Shown here in pieces: positions 39,215-52,771 of a stretch of DNA of 64,000 nucleotides (position 1 is its first letter; every line of letters begins with the position of its first letter). Source of the DNA: Eledone cirrhosa (taxonomy: Eukaryota); the NCBI GenBank assembly GCA_964016885.1, contig OZ024742.1:330212001-330276000 (forward strand), given 5' to 3'. The notes beneath the pieces are model-generated. The model was not told the origin of the DNA and did not search any database. It worked only from the letters and a program-made list of their open reading frames with translations. Made by a program: the position numbers and the translations under genes.

Positions 39215-42200
39215 GGCTTCTTTATTGGCCACAAGGGCTACCACGAACAAAACCATTACAGGCGGCTCAGAACAGTACAGGATGATAGAAAGTGGGTTTT
39301 GGTCGTGTAAAAAGGTGATAACAAAATTGTGCTAGAAATCAAAAAGAATTGTAACAACAACAATCTCCAGAAGGGGGAGACCTCCGGAGGTTACTCGTGG
39401 CGAAAACCATACAACAAAGACCACGGACAGCCTGACCACAGTTTTTCCCATTCCCCAGTCTACAGACGCATACTCAGAGCGGGACGTTCACTCGGATAAG
39501 ACTCGCCACTTTCTCCCACCTTTCAACAAACTTATTAGAAGGCAGCACTTGCCTTTCCACCTTGATTTTCCTCTTCAAGTGAAACTTGAAAAAGTTAATC
39601 AAGGATTGACCACCAGTCAGGTGAAAACTGCCTGCCTTTCCTCCTCTTTAAAGGAGGATGGCGGGGCTATATGCACAATGGATTCAGTGTATAACCGGAT
39701 CCATCCTACACGGGACAGCAGCTGTTCGACATAGCTCCACAAGTCAGCTATCATCAGGCACTGAACGAGTTCGTGCTGGACGGTTCCGTCGCCCAGCGCG
39801 CATCTCAGACAGGTTCGGCTGACAGCACCTCCTTGCCTGTAGAGATTATTCCGAACCGGCAACGCTCCCCGGTAGAACTGCCAGGCCGGGGATTTCTGGA
39901 AGTTGTCCATAGGCCCAGGTCTGAAAGTTCTCTTGAAGTGAGCGAACGGCTGATCGTCTTCGACGCCCAGGATATCCCCGAAAACGTCGTCGCTCTTTCC
40001 CTCCACTAGCCCTCTATAGAACGCCGAGGGGGATGTTCTACCGATAGTAGTGCCCAACTGGTAGAGGGCGGTGAGCTTCCAAGCGCTACCCCTCCGTCTT
40101 TTCCTGATCCAGGACTGCAGCTGTCAAGGAGACGAGCTGGGGAAAAGCGTGTCTGGCAAACCACACCTGTCCACCGTCAAGGAAGCACCAGCGATGTCGC
40201 GGCCTCAGCGCATGTTTGCGCATCATCAGCTACGGCATGCCTAGTCCTGCACGCAACGGGTGTTGACAGCAAATGAATCGTCTGACCATGGGAGCACGTC
40301 CCTTCCACAAAAAGCGGTGGAGAAGACGTTCCATTTTGGTCAGAGATGGGCGGGGGCAAGGTACGACTGTCAGGCGGTACCAGATGATGGACGCTATATA
40401 CGCATTCTCCACCACCGACCGACCTTTCAGAGAAAGCTTCCTCTTGGCCCATTTTTGGGTGAGAGAGGCTACCCTGTTCGTCACGTCACTCTAGTGTTTT
40501 CTCCCTCTGGAGGTCCAGACCGAACCAGACCCCAGCAATGTAACCGGTCCTTCCGTCCAGCGCCCCAAGAAGTTGTCGGCCGGCATGTACTTGCCTCGCC
40601 AGGTGCCGAGCTGCAAGCCCACCGACTTTTCCTAGTTTATCTTTGCTCCTATCACTGCTTCACATTCCTTGAGAGCGGTGCCAAGCATCTGGAAATGTCC
40701 GGCGCTAAACACCACCACGGTGACGGCGCCGGCGTAAGCCGATACGGATCTCCAACATCCCAGTTTGCGTGGGACGTCTCTCATCGCCTCCAATTTGTGC
40801 AGTAAGGGCTCTAGGGCCAATACGTACAAGAGTGACAGGAGGGGACAACCCTGACTGACCGAGCGCGTGATGATGAACGGCTGTGACCGTTCACCTTTAG
40901 GACTGAGAAGATGTCGCTGGTCATCGCAGTGATCCAGCCCCTGAAACTAGCCGTCTCAAGGGCCGCCACCAGATACCGATGGTCGACCCTATCAAATGCG
41001 TTAGATTGATCTAAGTTGATCAGGGCCGCACCGGTACCAGGTTCCTTAACCATTATCAGATTTCAAGATTTTGGCCAAAATCTTGAAATCTGTGTTTAAC
41101 AGAGTTATGGGTTTGAGGTTGTCTATAACGTCCCCTTTGTTCGGGTCTTTTCTCAACAGCGCCACCGCTCCCCGGCTCAGAAACTCGGAATGCTCCCGTT
41201 CTGCTACCAGTTGCATTAGACGTCTGTCAAGAGATCACCGAACAGGTCTATCAGGTACGCATAAAGGTCGTAGGGACTATCATCCAAACGTGGTGATTTA
41301 CCCCTCGGGCAGTCAACATCGCTTACCGTATTTCACCTGCTGTTATCGGCTTTTCGCAATACTGCACTGCGGTCATTGAGAGCTGCGACAGTCCCTCGAG
41401 GTATGCACTGAAGTTCATACTCCGACCTGGCCCGCCGCCACTCCCAAACAGTTGAACGAAGTGCTGCTGAAAAGTCTCACACAACTTCGAGTAACATGTG
41501 CCCATTTTGGGGGTAAGGATTGAATTGTGCCTTTGTTTCGACGCCACACCTCCAGCACCCGGGCCCCTTGGACAGCTTTAGTCCCCTCTCAGAGCACGCG
41601 CTCTAGCTCTGAAAAGCAGCCTTCGTGCTTTGCATTGAAGAATTGGTTGAGTGCCGAAAGCACATCGGTCGGAATGCCTGCCCTAAACGCCTCTTCTAGC
41701 TTTCTAACTAGCTTTCTTTCTACTCTATTTTCCACTATCTTTACTCCTTTGCTAAACTTTATTGATTCTACTCTAATTGCCCTTTTCAGGGTAAACCACC
41801 ACCTGTTGTTGACAATTGCACCCGCCAACGCTCGCTTAACTAATTCGCTTATCCGGTCTCTGTAAGCTTTGCGCACTGGGAAGACGCGTTCAGCTTCCAG
41901 TAACCGGGTCCTTGCCTATGAGGTCTATCTAAGTTGACTTCACAGATATCAATTTTGTGGTCATATTAGCCGACTACTTTAAATTATGGACAACTTACGC
42001 TAGCCTTATCGGTTTCCCTACACAATACCCTATCTAGATACGATCCTGATGACTCGATACGGTTTGCCCATGTTCACATTGGCAAATTCGGATAATCCAG
42101 TCGATAATACAGTTAAATATGTCTGAGCAGGTTGATGAGGAATTTACATCCTCCTCCCTTATTTAATAGCCCCACATAATCCCAGCGTGCATCTAAGATA

Positions 42201-44961
42201 CCGTTGCAGTCACCCACTACACTAAGTTCCAAGAAAGGTCTCTAGACGTCTGAAGAAATCTGGCCGTCCAGCTCCTGTTAGGGCGTAAACGACTACTATC
42301 CTGAAAGCATTGCATTCGCTGCCTGTCACGTGCAGTACCACCGACTTACCTTCTGGGTCCAGGAAGATGGCCCATATGGCAAGATCCAATGCTCTCCGTA
42401 AAAAGCACAGCAATTCCGTCCCCTCTACCGGAATGCTGGGAGATGCGTATACATAGGAGCCGCCGATGATCGGTGCGAAGTCTCGTGATTCGGAAATTCT
42501 GGCTACCACATCTATGTTTAGTGACCTGAGATCGTTAATCAGGTGACCCTGCTTCGAAGATGACCCCAGGCCACGTACATTTATACTACCTATTCTAAGT
42601 AAGGCCATGTTGGGTGAGGAATGGAGTAAGTGAGAAAGGATCATCTACCCTGACCGTGTGGGAAAGTGACAGTTGAACCGTCATTTTTGCTGGTAATGGG
42701 TGTCTTCAAGATGATGTCGGTCTATATCCTTTTGGTAATTGACCCTCTGAAGTCTCCAACTTTTCCATTTAAATGTTTATAATGTTCTATTTTAATTTCA
42801 GTAATGTTTATATTTTTCGGGAGAGTTCTTGGTGTTGGTGGGGCGTAATAATTTCCGTCCGTAATGTCTGTGTGCTGCTTTATATGTTCTAAGTGTTCTT
42901 TGTTTGCCATGTTTATGGTTGTGTAATGTATTTGTGGGGATTTAGTTTTGTTGCTGTTTTCTTGTTGCTGCTGTTGGGTATGTTTGTCTTGTATGTTTTG
43001 TTGGTGTGAATTTATTTGTTTGTGTGGTGGTGGTGGTGGTGATGGTTTTGATGGTGTTGTTTCGGTTGTGTCTGTGTTTATTGTTAGTGTGGTGTCTGTA
43101 GTTTCAGATGTTTGTGTGTGTATTTGCTCTTGCGTCATTTATGTTGTTTGCGTTTGGGGTATTCTGGTGATGGTGATAGTGGTGTTGATGTTGGTGTTGC
43201 TGGGGAGATGTTTGCGTGGATGGTGTCTGCCTTTTTTAGTGTGTGTATTTTTGTGGTTTGTAGAGGTTTTTTTTTCTTTTTTTGTTTCCTTTTATATATT
43301 TTGGGGGATTTTGGTTTTCCCTCATCTTCACTACTGGTAGATGAGTGGTATGTGTCTGTAAGTGTGTCTATGTGTGTGTCTATGTTTTTATTGATGTGTG
43401 TATTGGGGGGTGGGAGTTGACAACGTTCCTCGTTTCCACCCTGGTTGGTCAATGTTGGTGGTCTTTCTATTAGTGTTGTTGCTGGTGGTTCTGTCGGTGC
43501 TGGTGTTGGTTGTGGTCCTCTCCCCGGCGTCGGCAGCAGTGGAGTCCTTCGACCGCTTGCATCTTTCAGTGGTTGACGGCGGAAGGCTCCCAAATGGGTT
43601 TTTCCCAACAAACGAAACAATGCGGCCTTTAGCCCACAGTCACAATGTGAATGACCGTCGCATTCTTAAGACGGATGTGGTCAGTGATTGTTTTGACATT
43701 CTCCGGCCTGATCTGGAGAAGTATCTCCAGGTCAACCCCGGACCAGTCCTCTCTGGCAGTTCTTGTTATTTGTATCGCGACGCTATCCATCCCCTCCACA
43801 ATCACACATCCCAGAAGCCATCACATATCAAGTCCTGGTGGGATTCTGGGAATGGGAAGACGGGCCGTTCTTTTTCCCTTGGGAGAGGGGTACATTATGA
43901 CCTTGCTGGTTCTGCAAGGTGTCATACAATGTTTCATAGTGAGGGATTCTGACTTAAACAGCACCGAAATGGTGACAAATTGTCTGCCACTCACTATGTA
44001 TTCGGTGTCATCCCTGATGCACCTCAGCGCGACCTGGTTTCTGCTCTCTTGGTTTCTGCTGAGATGCATCTGTAATGCATCGTTCTGCGCTCCACTGCTT
44101 CAATAGCTTCTACCGGGACAGTTAAGTTGGCTCAGGTTTGCTCTTGCTTGATAAGCTTCCAGGCCTGGGCCAACTTTTCATCTTTGTTCGAGAGGTCCAT
44201 GCTCAAGCATAGCCTCTTTTTGGCTGCTGCCGCAGCGAAAGTGGTCTTGTTGTCGTTGGTGGTGTTGTTTTTGTTGCCGTTGTTCTTGATGGTGTTGTTG
44301 CTGTTATCAATGTTGCTGTTATGATTGTTGTCTTTAGTGTCGCTGTTGTCGTTGTTTTCGACGCAGTTGGTATTGTTGCTGTTGGGGCTGTCGATGTTTA
44401 TGTTCTGGTTAGTGGTGTTAATGTTTTGTTGTTTTCGTCGATTGTGTTGTCTTTGTTGTCGTTTTTTTCTGTTGTAGGTGTTGTTGACATTATGGCAGTT
44501 GTTTTGCTGTCGTTATTGCTGGTGCTGTTGTCGTTCTTGTTCACGACTGTTTTTTTTTTACTGTTTTGGTAATATCGTTGTTGCTGTTGTCATTTTTGTT
44601 CTCACTGTTATTGGTGATGGTGCTGGCGATATTGCCTGATGTGTTGTTACATTTTAAAATTGTTGCGGGAGGAGCAGGGTTACAAATATCTTATTTTGAC
44701 TCGCTGTCGCAAGACAGCAAAGTCAAAGTTGGGGCCTGCCTCCGCCATGTGTTTTTTCAATAAGAATTTTCTTTTAAACACACGAAGTTTAAATATTTGG
44801 GCCAAAAGGCCCAAATAGTATGGAGAGTCCTTTCTCGGGGGCAAAGATAAAGTCTTATTTCCCGTTTGAAACAAAAATATTAATGACAAACGTATTTCAA
44901 ACCGTTGAACAAAACAAACTTACGAGTTCATGATAGTACGCGCCCATTCGCTTCAACGACC
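39215..44961 (-). mobile_element. Tx1 LINE (copy 3), older and decayed
   Basis: Fragments homologous to copy 1 ORF2 (MALLRIGSINVRG, LDQSNAFDRVDH, GPMDNFQKS) and ORF1 (TPLLPTPG). (AAT)n on both sides. Confidence 0.9.
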
Positions 44962-44985
44962 AATAATAATAATAATAATAATAAT

Positions 44986-45200
44986 GCTTTCTGATATAGG
45001 CACAAGGCCAGCAATTTTGTGGGAGGGTAGGTCGATTAAATCGACCCCAGTGCGTGACTGATACTTTAATTTATCGACTACGTAAGGATGAAAGACAAAG
45101 TTAACCTCGGCGGGATATGAACTCAGAATGGCAAGGGCCGCATCTCTATGCGTCAAAGCATGGCGTCCGATCCTCCACCGATACTGCCAATCCACCGCCC
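44986..45200 (-). mobile_element. tRNA-derived SINE with (ATT)n tail
   Basis: Same family; sits between AAT tracts. Confidence 0.88.
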
Positions 45201-45231
45201 TTATAATACTACTACTAATAATAATAATAAT

Positions 45232-48200
45232 ACATTACTTTATAAGACACAAGGCCCTAAATATAGGGGACACTACAATAAACGAGACAGTGGCGGTTTA
45301 GCAGAAACATCGAGTAAATTATATAAAATCAATAATAATAAACGATGTAATTATGATGACAAAATTTTCCCAATAGAGGGAGGGGATAATCAACCAGGTG
45401 CATCACAGGTATCCCAACAATCCTGAACCACCCGACGCATAGAGGGCACCCGAGAAAAGTAAACTATTCTGAAATCAACTAGCCCACAGACACATGCTCC
45501 GAGTAAGCCCATTCTCACTGGCCATTCTCACCACATTCACATACATTTTAGCAAATGTACTGTAGACAGAACGTGTCTCTATCCTTTCAAGTTCCTTTCC
45601 AAGCGAAACTCGAAATGTTTAATGAGAAATTGGCTGAAGCGAAATGATTCTCTCTGTAATATAGGCCACAACACAACCGCTTTTGCTGCCGTCACCCACC
45701 AGAGGAAACTGCCCTATACGTTTGGTCCAATTCCGCAATGGCGCATTAGGGAAATCTAACTAAATGTTTTCAGTCAGTTGGCAGTGGCTAATCAGGTAAT
45801 TGAGGCTTGTGCGAGACAAGCTCGTATTAGGTTCTCCCGCACAATCCCAGCCGTTACAGTCCCCTAAAGTTCCTAGAAAGGCTTCCATGTGCCTAAAGAG
45901 GTCCGGCTCTCCGGTGGGGGCACAGAGGGCCACCAGTTTAACGGCACCACGTTCGTTATTGTTCATGCCCAGGACCATTATCGTACCACCCATCTACCGA
46001 AGGACCGGCCTGATCTCGAGATCTAGGCCTTCCCTAAACAACACTGCAACCCGACCTCCCATTCCCGGCCGACTAAGAGATGCAAAGATCTGATAGTCAT
46101 CATATTTAGGACTAGTGCATGCGTGGCTCCCTGACTGCAATCATATCCATATACAGTGATCTTAGGTGGTTGAGCAGGCAATCCTGCTTCCAGAACGACG
46201 CCACTCCATTTATTTATACTACACTTAAGATTGCCATGTTGGCAGGCTAAAGTGGAGATAGAAACGCGTTTCTTACCTACCGGCAGCTCGCGGAGGTGGG
46301 GTGGCTCATCCTCCATGGTCTTAATGTGGGTGTCAGATTCGGGGTTCCTACATACCAAGGAAAGCTCTATATAATCCTTTTGTGTGAGTCGAGCAACATT
46401 CGTACCAGTACCAAATTATCTGGCTGGCGAAATGTGCTCGTTCCAAATATCCACCCACTCTTCAATTTCTTGCATTCGTGCTAAGAGGGCCTTCGAATCC
46501 TTGTTGCACCTTCTTACTAGCACTAAGTTGTTTGTCTTGTTTTGTTTTTGTGTTCGATTTCGATTGGATGATTATGGTGGCGGTGATGGTGTTTCTGTTT
46601 GTGTTCTTGAGGAAGTGTTTGCTGTGTTTGTAGTGTCTGAATTTTCTGTTGCGGGTGTGTGTGTGTGATGTGTAGAGATTTGTTATTTTTGTGCCTTTTT
46701 TTTTTCTTCTTTAGGCGTTGCTTCGTTTTCGCTACTCGAAAACGAGGTGTCCGTTTCTGAATCTGTGTGTGTTTATGTAAATGTGTGTATTTGATTTGTG
46801 TTAGTGTGTGAGTGTATTGGGGGGGGGGGGGTATTCTTCCTTTCCCAACTAGGTTGTCAAAGAGTTCTTGTGTCAGTGGTATTCCCCGGCCTGGTGTCCA
46901 CATTATTGGAGTTTTACGACTCTTGCACTTTTCAGTTGAGGCTAGATGTCTCGGTAATTCTTTGTTTCGTCGCAGACGAAATAGTGTCATCTTTTGTCCT
47001 CACCATTACATACAGAACCGTTTCGTTTTGGAGACGGATATGGTCTGGGATTTTTCGTAGGTCTTCAGGCGTAATGTAGAGGTATCACCAGGTTTACCAT
47101 ATACCGGTCCTCCATCACTGTTCTCGTCACCTCGAGAGGCACGTCATATGTCTCCCCCACAATCACGCATCCCAGAAACTACTACATGTCTACTCCTGGG
47201 GGAATCCTAATAATCACGATGTGACATGTTGCAAAACCAGCAAGGTCATGATGTACCACGTGGGAGTGGTACATCATGACCTTGCTGGTTTTGCAACATG
47301 TCACATCGTGATTCACAGCGACGTCTTCTGTCTTAAACAGAACCGAGATTGTGCTGTATTTTTTGCCACTCGCTCTGTACTCGGTGTCGTCCTTGATGCA
47401 GTTCATCACAGCGCCAAATTCAGGTTGTAGAATGATTACCGTTTGTTTTGCCTGTAGCGAGATGCGTCTAAATGCACTATCTCCTCCCCACCGCTTCTAT
47501 GCTTTCAACCAGGTCAGTTAATTTGGCTCAGGCGTGCTCTGATTTAATGAACTTTCAGCCATGGGCCACCTTTTAATATTTTTCACTGAGGTCCATCATG
47601 AAGCATGGCCTCTTAAGGGCTACTGAAGTAGTTCATGGTGCTATCCGTGTTTCTGCTGTCTGTTTTGTTACTAGTCACTTTGTTGTTGGTGATTACGTTC
47701 TTAATTTTGTTGTCGTTTTGTTGCTGGTGTTGGCGTTGTTGTTTTTAGTGTTGGTGCTGTCGCTGTTGTAGTTGGTGTTGTTCTTGGTGCAGTTGTTGTT
47801 TGTGCTGTGGTTGTAGCTGTTGTTGTTAGTGTTTTTTTGTGTTGTGATTCTTGCTGCTGTTGTTATTGTTGTTTGTGTTGTGATTCTTACTGTTGTTGTT
47901 ATTGTTGTTTGTGTTGTGATTCTTGCTGTTGTTGTTAGTGTTGTTTGTGTTGTGGTTATTGTTGTTGTTGTTAGTGTTGTTGTCATATTGCTGTTGTCTT
48001 TATTATTCTCACCGTTTTTGTTTTTATTGTTGCAGTTTCTGTTTGTTATTTTTGTAAGCATTCTAGCTGGTGCTCTCATTAATTTTTTTTTGTTGTTGGT
48101 GCTGCTATTTGCGAAACTGCCTAATGTCGTGTTAGTGTTTGGAAGGATTGTGGAAGGGGCGTTTAAGTCGCCGTCTTTTGATAGCTAACTGAACAGGGCG

Positions 48201-48369
48201 GGGTATTCTATTCAGTTTTTGTTTTATCAGACAACAATTTTCTCCTCAAGAAATATATATAACGTTCAAATATTTGGGCCCAAGTTGCAAAATTATGGGG
48301 AGTCCTTTCTTGAATGCAAATACGAAGAAGAGTTCCAAACGCTCCAAAATATTGTCAATTTACAGTCCT
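45232..48369 (-). mobile_element. Tx1 LINE (copy 4), most of ORF2 internally deleted
   Basis: The 3' UTR/ORF2 end (45232-45700) joins directly to APE remnants (VKLVALCAPTGEPDLFRHMEAFLGT). ORF1 and 5' UTR resemble copy 3. Confidence 0.75.
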
Positions 48370-48384
48370 AATGATAATAATAAT

Positions 48385-48760
48385 GTTTTCTCATATAGAA
48401 ACAAAGCCAGCAATTTTAGGGGAGGGGAAAGTCGATTAAATCGACCATAGTGCGGGACTGGCACTTTATTTTATCGACCCCGTAAGGATGAAAGGCAAAG
48501 GTAACCTCAAGGTAATTTAAACTAAGATCATAAAGGGCCGTAACTCTATGCTGCATGGGTAAAATTTAGCAATTCTGAGGGAGGAGGAAAGTCGTTTAAA
48601 TTGACACTAGTCCATTACTGGTGCTTTACTTTATAGAGCCCGTAAGGATGAAGAGCAAAGCTAACCTTGGCGGGAATTAAACTCAGAAGGCAAAGGGCCA
48701 TAACTCCATTCCCTGAAGCATGGTGTCAGATGCTCTACCGATACTGCCAATCCACCACCC
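48385..48760 (-). mobile_element. Two adjacent tRNA-derived SINE copies (first 5'-truncated)
   Basis: Two CCCGTAAGGATGAA cores at about 48480 and 48640. The head ends at CAATCCACCACCC (48760). Confidence 0.85.
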
Positions 48761-48789
48761 TAATAATAATAATGATAATAATTTTAATA

Positions 48790-49209
48790 GTTACCATGGG
48801 ATTGAGCGCAGGAGACCAGATGTTGTATTAATTGAGAAAGTGAGCAAATTCTGTTGGATCATAGATATAGGTTCTCCAGCTAATAACAAGGTATGTGATT
48901 AAGGAGGAACAAGATTGATATATATGACAGGTTAGTCAGGGATTTTAAGCAGTTTTGGTCAGTGACAAAAGTGGCGGTGATACTTATAATAGTTGATGTC
49001 TTACGAAACGTTATTAAAGATGTTGATGAGTATATTAAATAAATAGGGATTGCAATACGGTTGGAACGCTTACTAAAAACGGCATTGATTTGAACAGTTC
49101 GAATATTCTAGAGGGTACTCGAAACATAAGGGGTGTTACGTTAGTTCACTGATAGTGAACAGGTAACTCTATACTACATATCCTGCGTTAGAAGCTGAAC
49201 GAAGTAGCT
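48790..49209 (+). mobile_element. R4/Dong-type LINE 3' terminal fragment (copy D, RLE domain)
   Basis: IERRRPDVVLIEKVSKFCWIIDIGSP (PD..D nuclease motif) and ..VILIIV..LLKTALI. Preceded by AAT repeats and ends in TAATAA. Confidence 0.7.
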
Positions 49210-49229
49210 ATAATAAAATACCCATCAAT

Positions 49230-50830
49230 AAACTGCTCTGCAACAACAAAGTAACTCTCGGATTAAATCAGAGATAAAATAAGATCAACCATAACAATCG
49301 CAAACTTTGGTCATTGCAAACATAATAAAAAGACGCACAAAGAAAAATGTCACCTTTTACACTGAAATAATTCTCTTAGACGACACTATGTTTAGACATA
49401 AGATTGGACACAGAATCAGATTTACTTTTATAACAATATCAGAGACTAAGGATAAATCTTGAAATAAAACCAGAAAAAAATATTTAATATATCAAAGTAA
49501 CTCACGATATAATAGAATCAACAGCAAACAATACATCTGACAGAATGTAGCCAAAATAACTACAGAAATACAGCTTTAGAATAGAAAAAAAGATGTACTG
49601 AAAATGAAAGGAACATTGCGATCGTCTCGAAATCTCAACGATTTTGGAGTAAGAAAATCGACAGTAATTCTTTGAACTATACAAAAAGTTCGATTCCAAC
49701 CAAAGGTGATTTTTATCAATCAGTATGGAAACGCAAAACCAAACAAATCAAACAAACTTAGCACGACCAGAAGGCTAAGAATAAATAAATTTTGAAAAGA
49801 GTACTGGTAGTTTAGAAATCACTGTCTATGAGCAAGGCAATTAAATAAATCTGGGCGAACATAACAGCATTAAAAGTAGAGTTGATATTGCAAAAGGTGA
49901 CAACTTGAAGAGACAAACAAATCATAGGGATATAAATCTGTGTTTACTACTTTTAAGATGCTAGTAGAGATGTTTCAAAGCTAACGGCGAGTAAAGATAC
50001 GATACATAATTGGCTCACTATACGAACGATAATACTAGTCTAAAGAAACTGACGTATAAAAACAATCGACAACATCAGAGAGATGAACATGGTGTTCGTA
50101 GACTAATTGTGAAATCACCCAGGAAATACTGTCACACCACTCAATATAATTGCGGCACTTTCCAATAAGTTATATCGAATGGGAGAGAAGTTTCACATAT
50201 GATCGACTCCGTTGCATTAAGGATAGTGACCTCGGATCGCTAGCAGTAGATACAGGCTAAACTTGGTTCTCATTTAAATCCAAGATAAAATAATATGTCG
50301 AAAGTCATAATAGAAATAATGCAAATTGCTGCGACTAATGTTGTATTGACCTTCGCCTATACTGTAAGGTAATAATTGTTTCTACGTTAGGCACAAGGCC
50401 AGCAATTACCCAGTGCATTACTGGTTCTTTATTTTATCGAGCCTGTAAGGATGAAAGGCAAAGTTAACTTTGGCGGGATTTTAACTCAGAATGGCAAGGG
50501 CCGTAACTCTATAACTCAAAGCATGGTGTCCGACCCTCTACCAATACTGCCAATCCACCGCCCTGTAAGGTAATCATAAAAAGGTTTATGTGTATACACT
50601 ACCGGTTTAATCGGTATCGAACCAGAAAATATCAAATCCCGTATGATTCTATGACGTCTATAACCTTAAAAAGAGGGATGTGTGCCATTTGTACAACCAC
50701 TTACCAATTGTCGAATCAAGGCAACCATAATCTGCTTTTGCAATATTAAAAATGTTCTATCTAGAACAGTGCCAGGTCTTTGAGGGGGAATTCTAATGTC
50801 ATCATCCATGTCCCACTATAATGTCCTGCG
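49230..50830 (+). pseudogene. Possible very old R4/Dong-type RT fragment
   Basis: Scattered remnants KFDSNQR (cf. MFKNNQR and MFDNNQK in copies A and B), NWLTIRTIILV (cf. WLTKGTTVLV), DSV, and VFEG (cf. IFQG). Confidence 0.35.
50374..50562 (-). mobile_element. tRNA-derived SINE with 12-bp TSD
   Basis: TSD CTGTAAGGTAAT at 50362-50373 and 50563-50574. Confidence 0.9.
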
Positions 50831-52426
50831 CCAAAGATTGGCAAATGAATGCTCGATTCTCAGTCATTTCTCTACTTAAGTTTATCTGAAATTTTAGAAG
50901 TTCGATTTTTATGTGAGACGTGCTAGTAACGCATCCGTTTCCTAGATGCTTACCCACTTTGTGTTTACAATTGTTGCTGCATGTCTAGGTGAGATTTGTA
51001 CTCTCGTATTCCTGTGTAACAGGATCTATTTCCTTTCAGCATATGCAAGTATTCTACATTCGAATTTCTTTTGGCGTATGTATTCTTGGTTGTGGCGGGG
51101 GTCGGGATTCACAATATCACACTGGATTTTGGTGGTTTTAGGGTTTATAGTGGTGTATATGTGGCTCTGACACCAATAAATGAGCAAAAGAAACGAACAA
51201 TGAGAAGCATAATTGGGTGCATAATAATAAAATAAACAACAACATTTAGGTCAAACTTACAGATCTCATCAAGGCAAAAAATGTTTTTACCAGATCAAGT
51301 CACTTCGTAATAATAATGTTGATTTTATGTATAAATATATCATGAATTTTGTACATGTAATCGTACACTACTCTGGAACATATTAATGTGAAAATTCAGG
51401 GAATATTCTGTATGTTCTTACGAAATCAAAAAGGAAGATTCAATGAAGTTCTCAGATTAGTCTATTCAGATTGTAACAAATATGTTGTTAGCAAAATTGT
51501 TTATCTAAAACAGGTTTTTAAATGTGTGAGATGATGAGATTTGGGTAACAAAATGATATGATACAAATATTTATTAGGGGAAGAAGTGTCATAATATGCA
51601 GCTTGAAATATGATATACATATTATACTCTCCTTATGTTGCATAGAAATCGAAATATCATGTCAACACCAGTGTTCTAACTCGACGCCGTGTTTCTAGGT
51701 CACCTTGTAACTGGCTTCATCAAATTACAATGTTAATGTTCGAAGAAAGTAAACAAACTAAAATGCAATTATAAAATTAAACAACGAAATATAGTGACGT
51801 CATTATAATATTTCTATATAAATTCGACGAGAATATTCGCATAAATGATAGTTGCAAACATCAGTAATATATCAAACATAAAAAAATATCCCTAAGTAAC
51901 AAAATCAATAAAAAAAAAAGAACAACGTAGCCGAATGAAACATTCCTTTAAAATAGTTGCCTACATATATATAAGAAAACAAAATTTGAGCCAAATATGC
52001 ATGGATTATATTTCACCTGAAACTGTAGAGATGTAAATTTGTTTACATTTGTTCTCAAACTGTTTTAGAGATATAAATACATTAATTATGTCTACGGTGG
52101 TAGCGGATTGTCTTTGCTTTGTTTGAAATACAAACAAGAACAAATAAAATTATAAATATTTGTTCGATTTCAGATAGTGCAAGACCTACTACCATAATTT
52201 CAGGTTGACTAAACAAAGGCAGCGCTTAATAATTTGATAATCAATTGCTGCTATGTCGTGTTCACTGTGTGAAAGACATGAAATGAAAACAACAGAGAAG
52301 AAAAATAACATTTAAAATTAGAAACAATGATAAGTGATAGATCAATAAATCCTAGATATTCATTAACAATGATAACAAACATTGATGGTACACACACACA
52401 TACTAACACACACATACATATACATG

Positions 52427-52475
<49 letters not shown>

Positions 52476-52521
52476 GCATCCACAGACACACTCACATAAA
52501 CATCCACACCCACACACAGAT

Positions 52522-52572
<51 letters not shown>

Positions 52573-52574
52573 AT

Positions 52575-52761
52575 TGTTTATACTTTTGGCACAAGGCCAG
52601 CAATTTTTCCAGTGAATTACTGGTACTTTATTTCATCGACCCCGTAAGGATGAAAGGCAAAGTTAACATCGGCGGGATTTGAACTCAGATCATAAAGGTC
52701 CGTAACTCTTCGCTGCAAAGCATACGTGCGACCCTCTACCGATACTGCCAATCCACCACCC
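52575..52761 (-). mobile_element. tRNA-derived SINE with ~13-bp TSD
   Basis: ATACATATATAAT at 52562-52574 and 52765-52777. Confidence 0.88.
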
Positions 52762-52771
52762 AAAATACATA

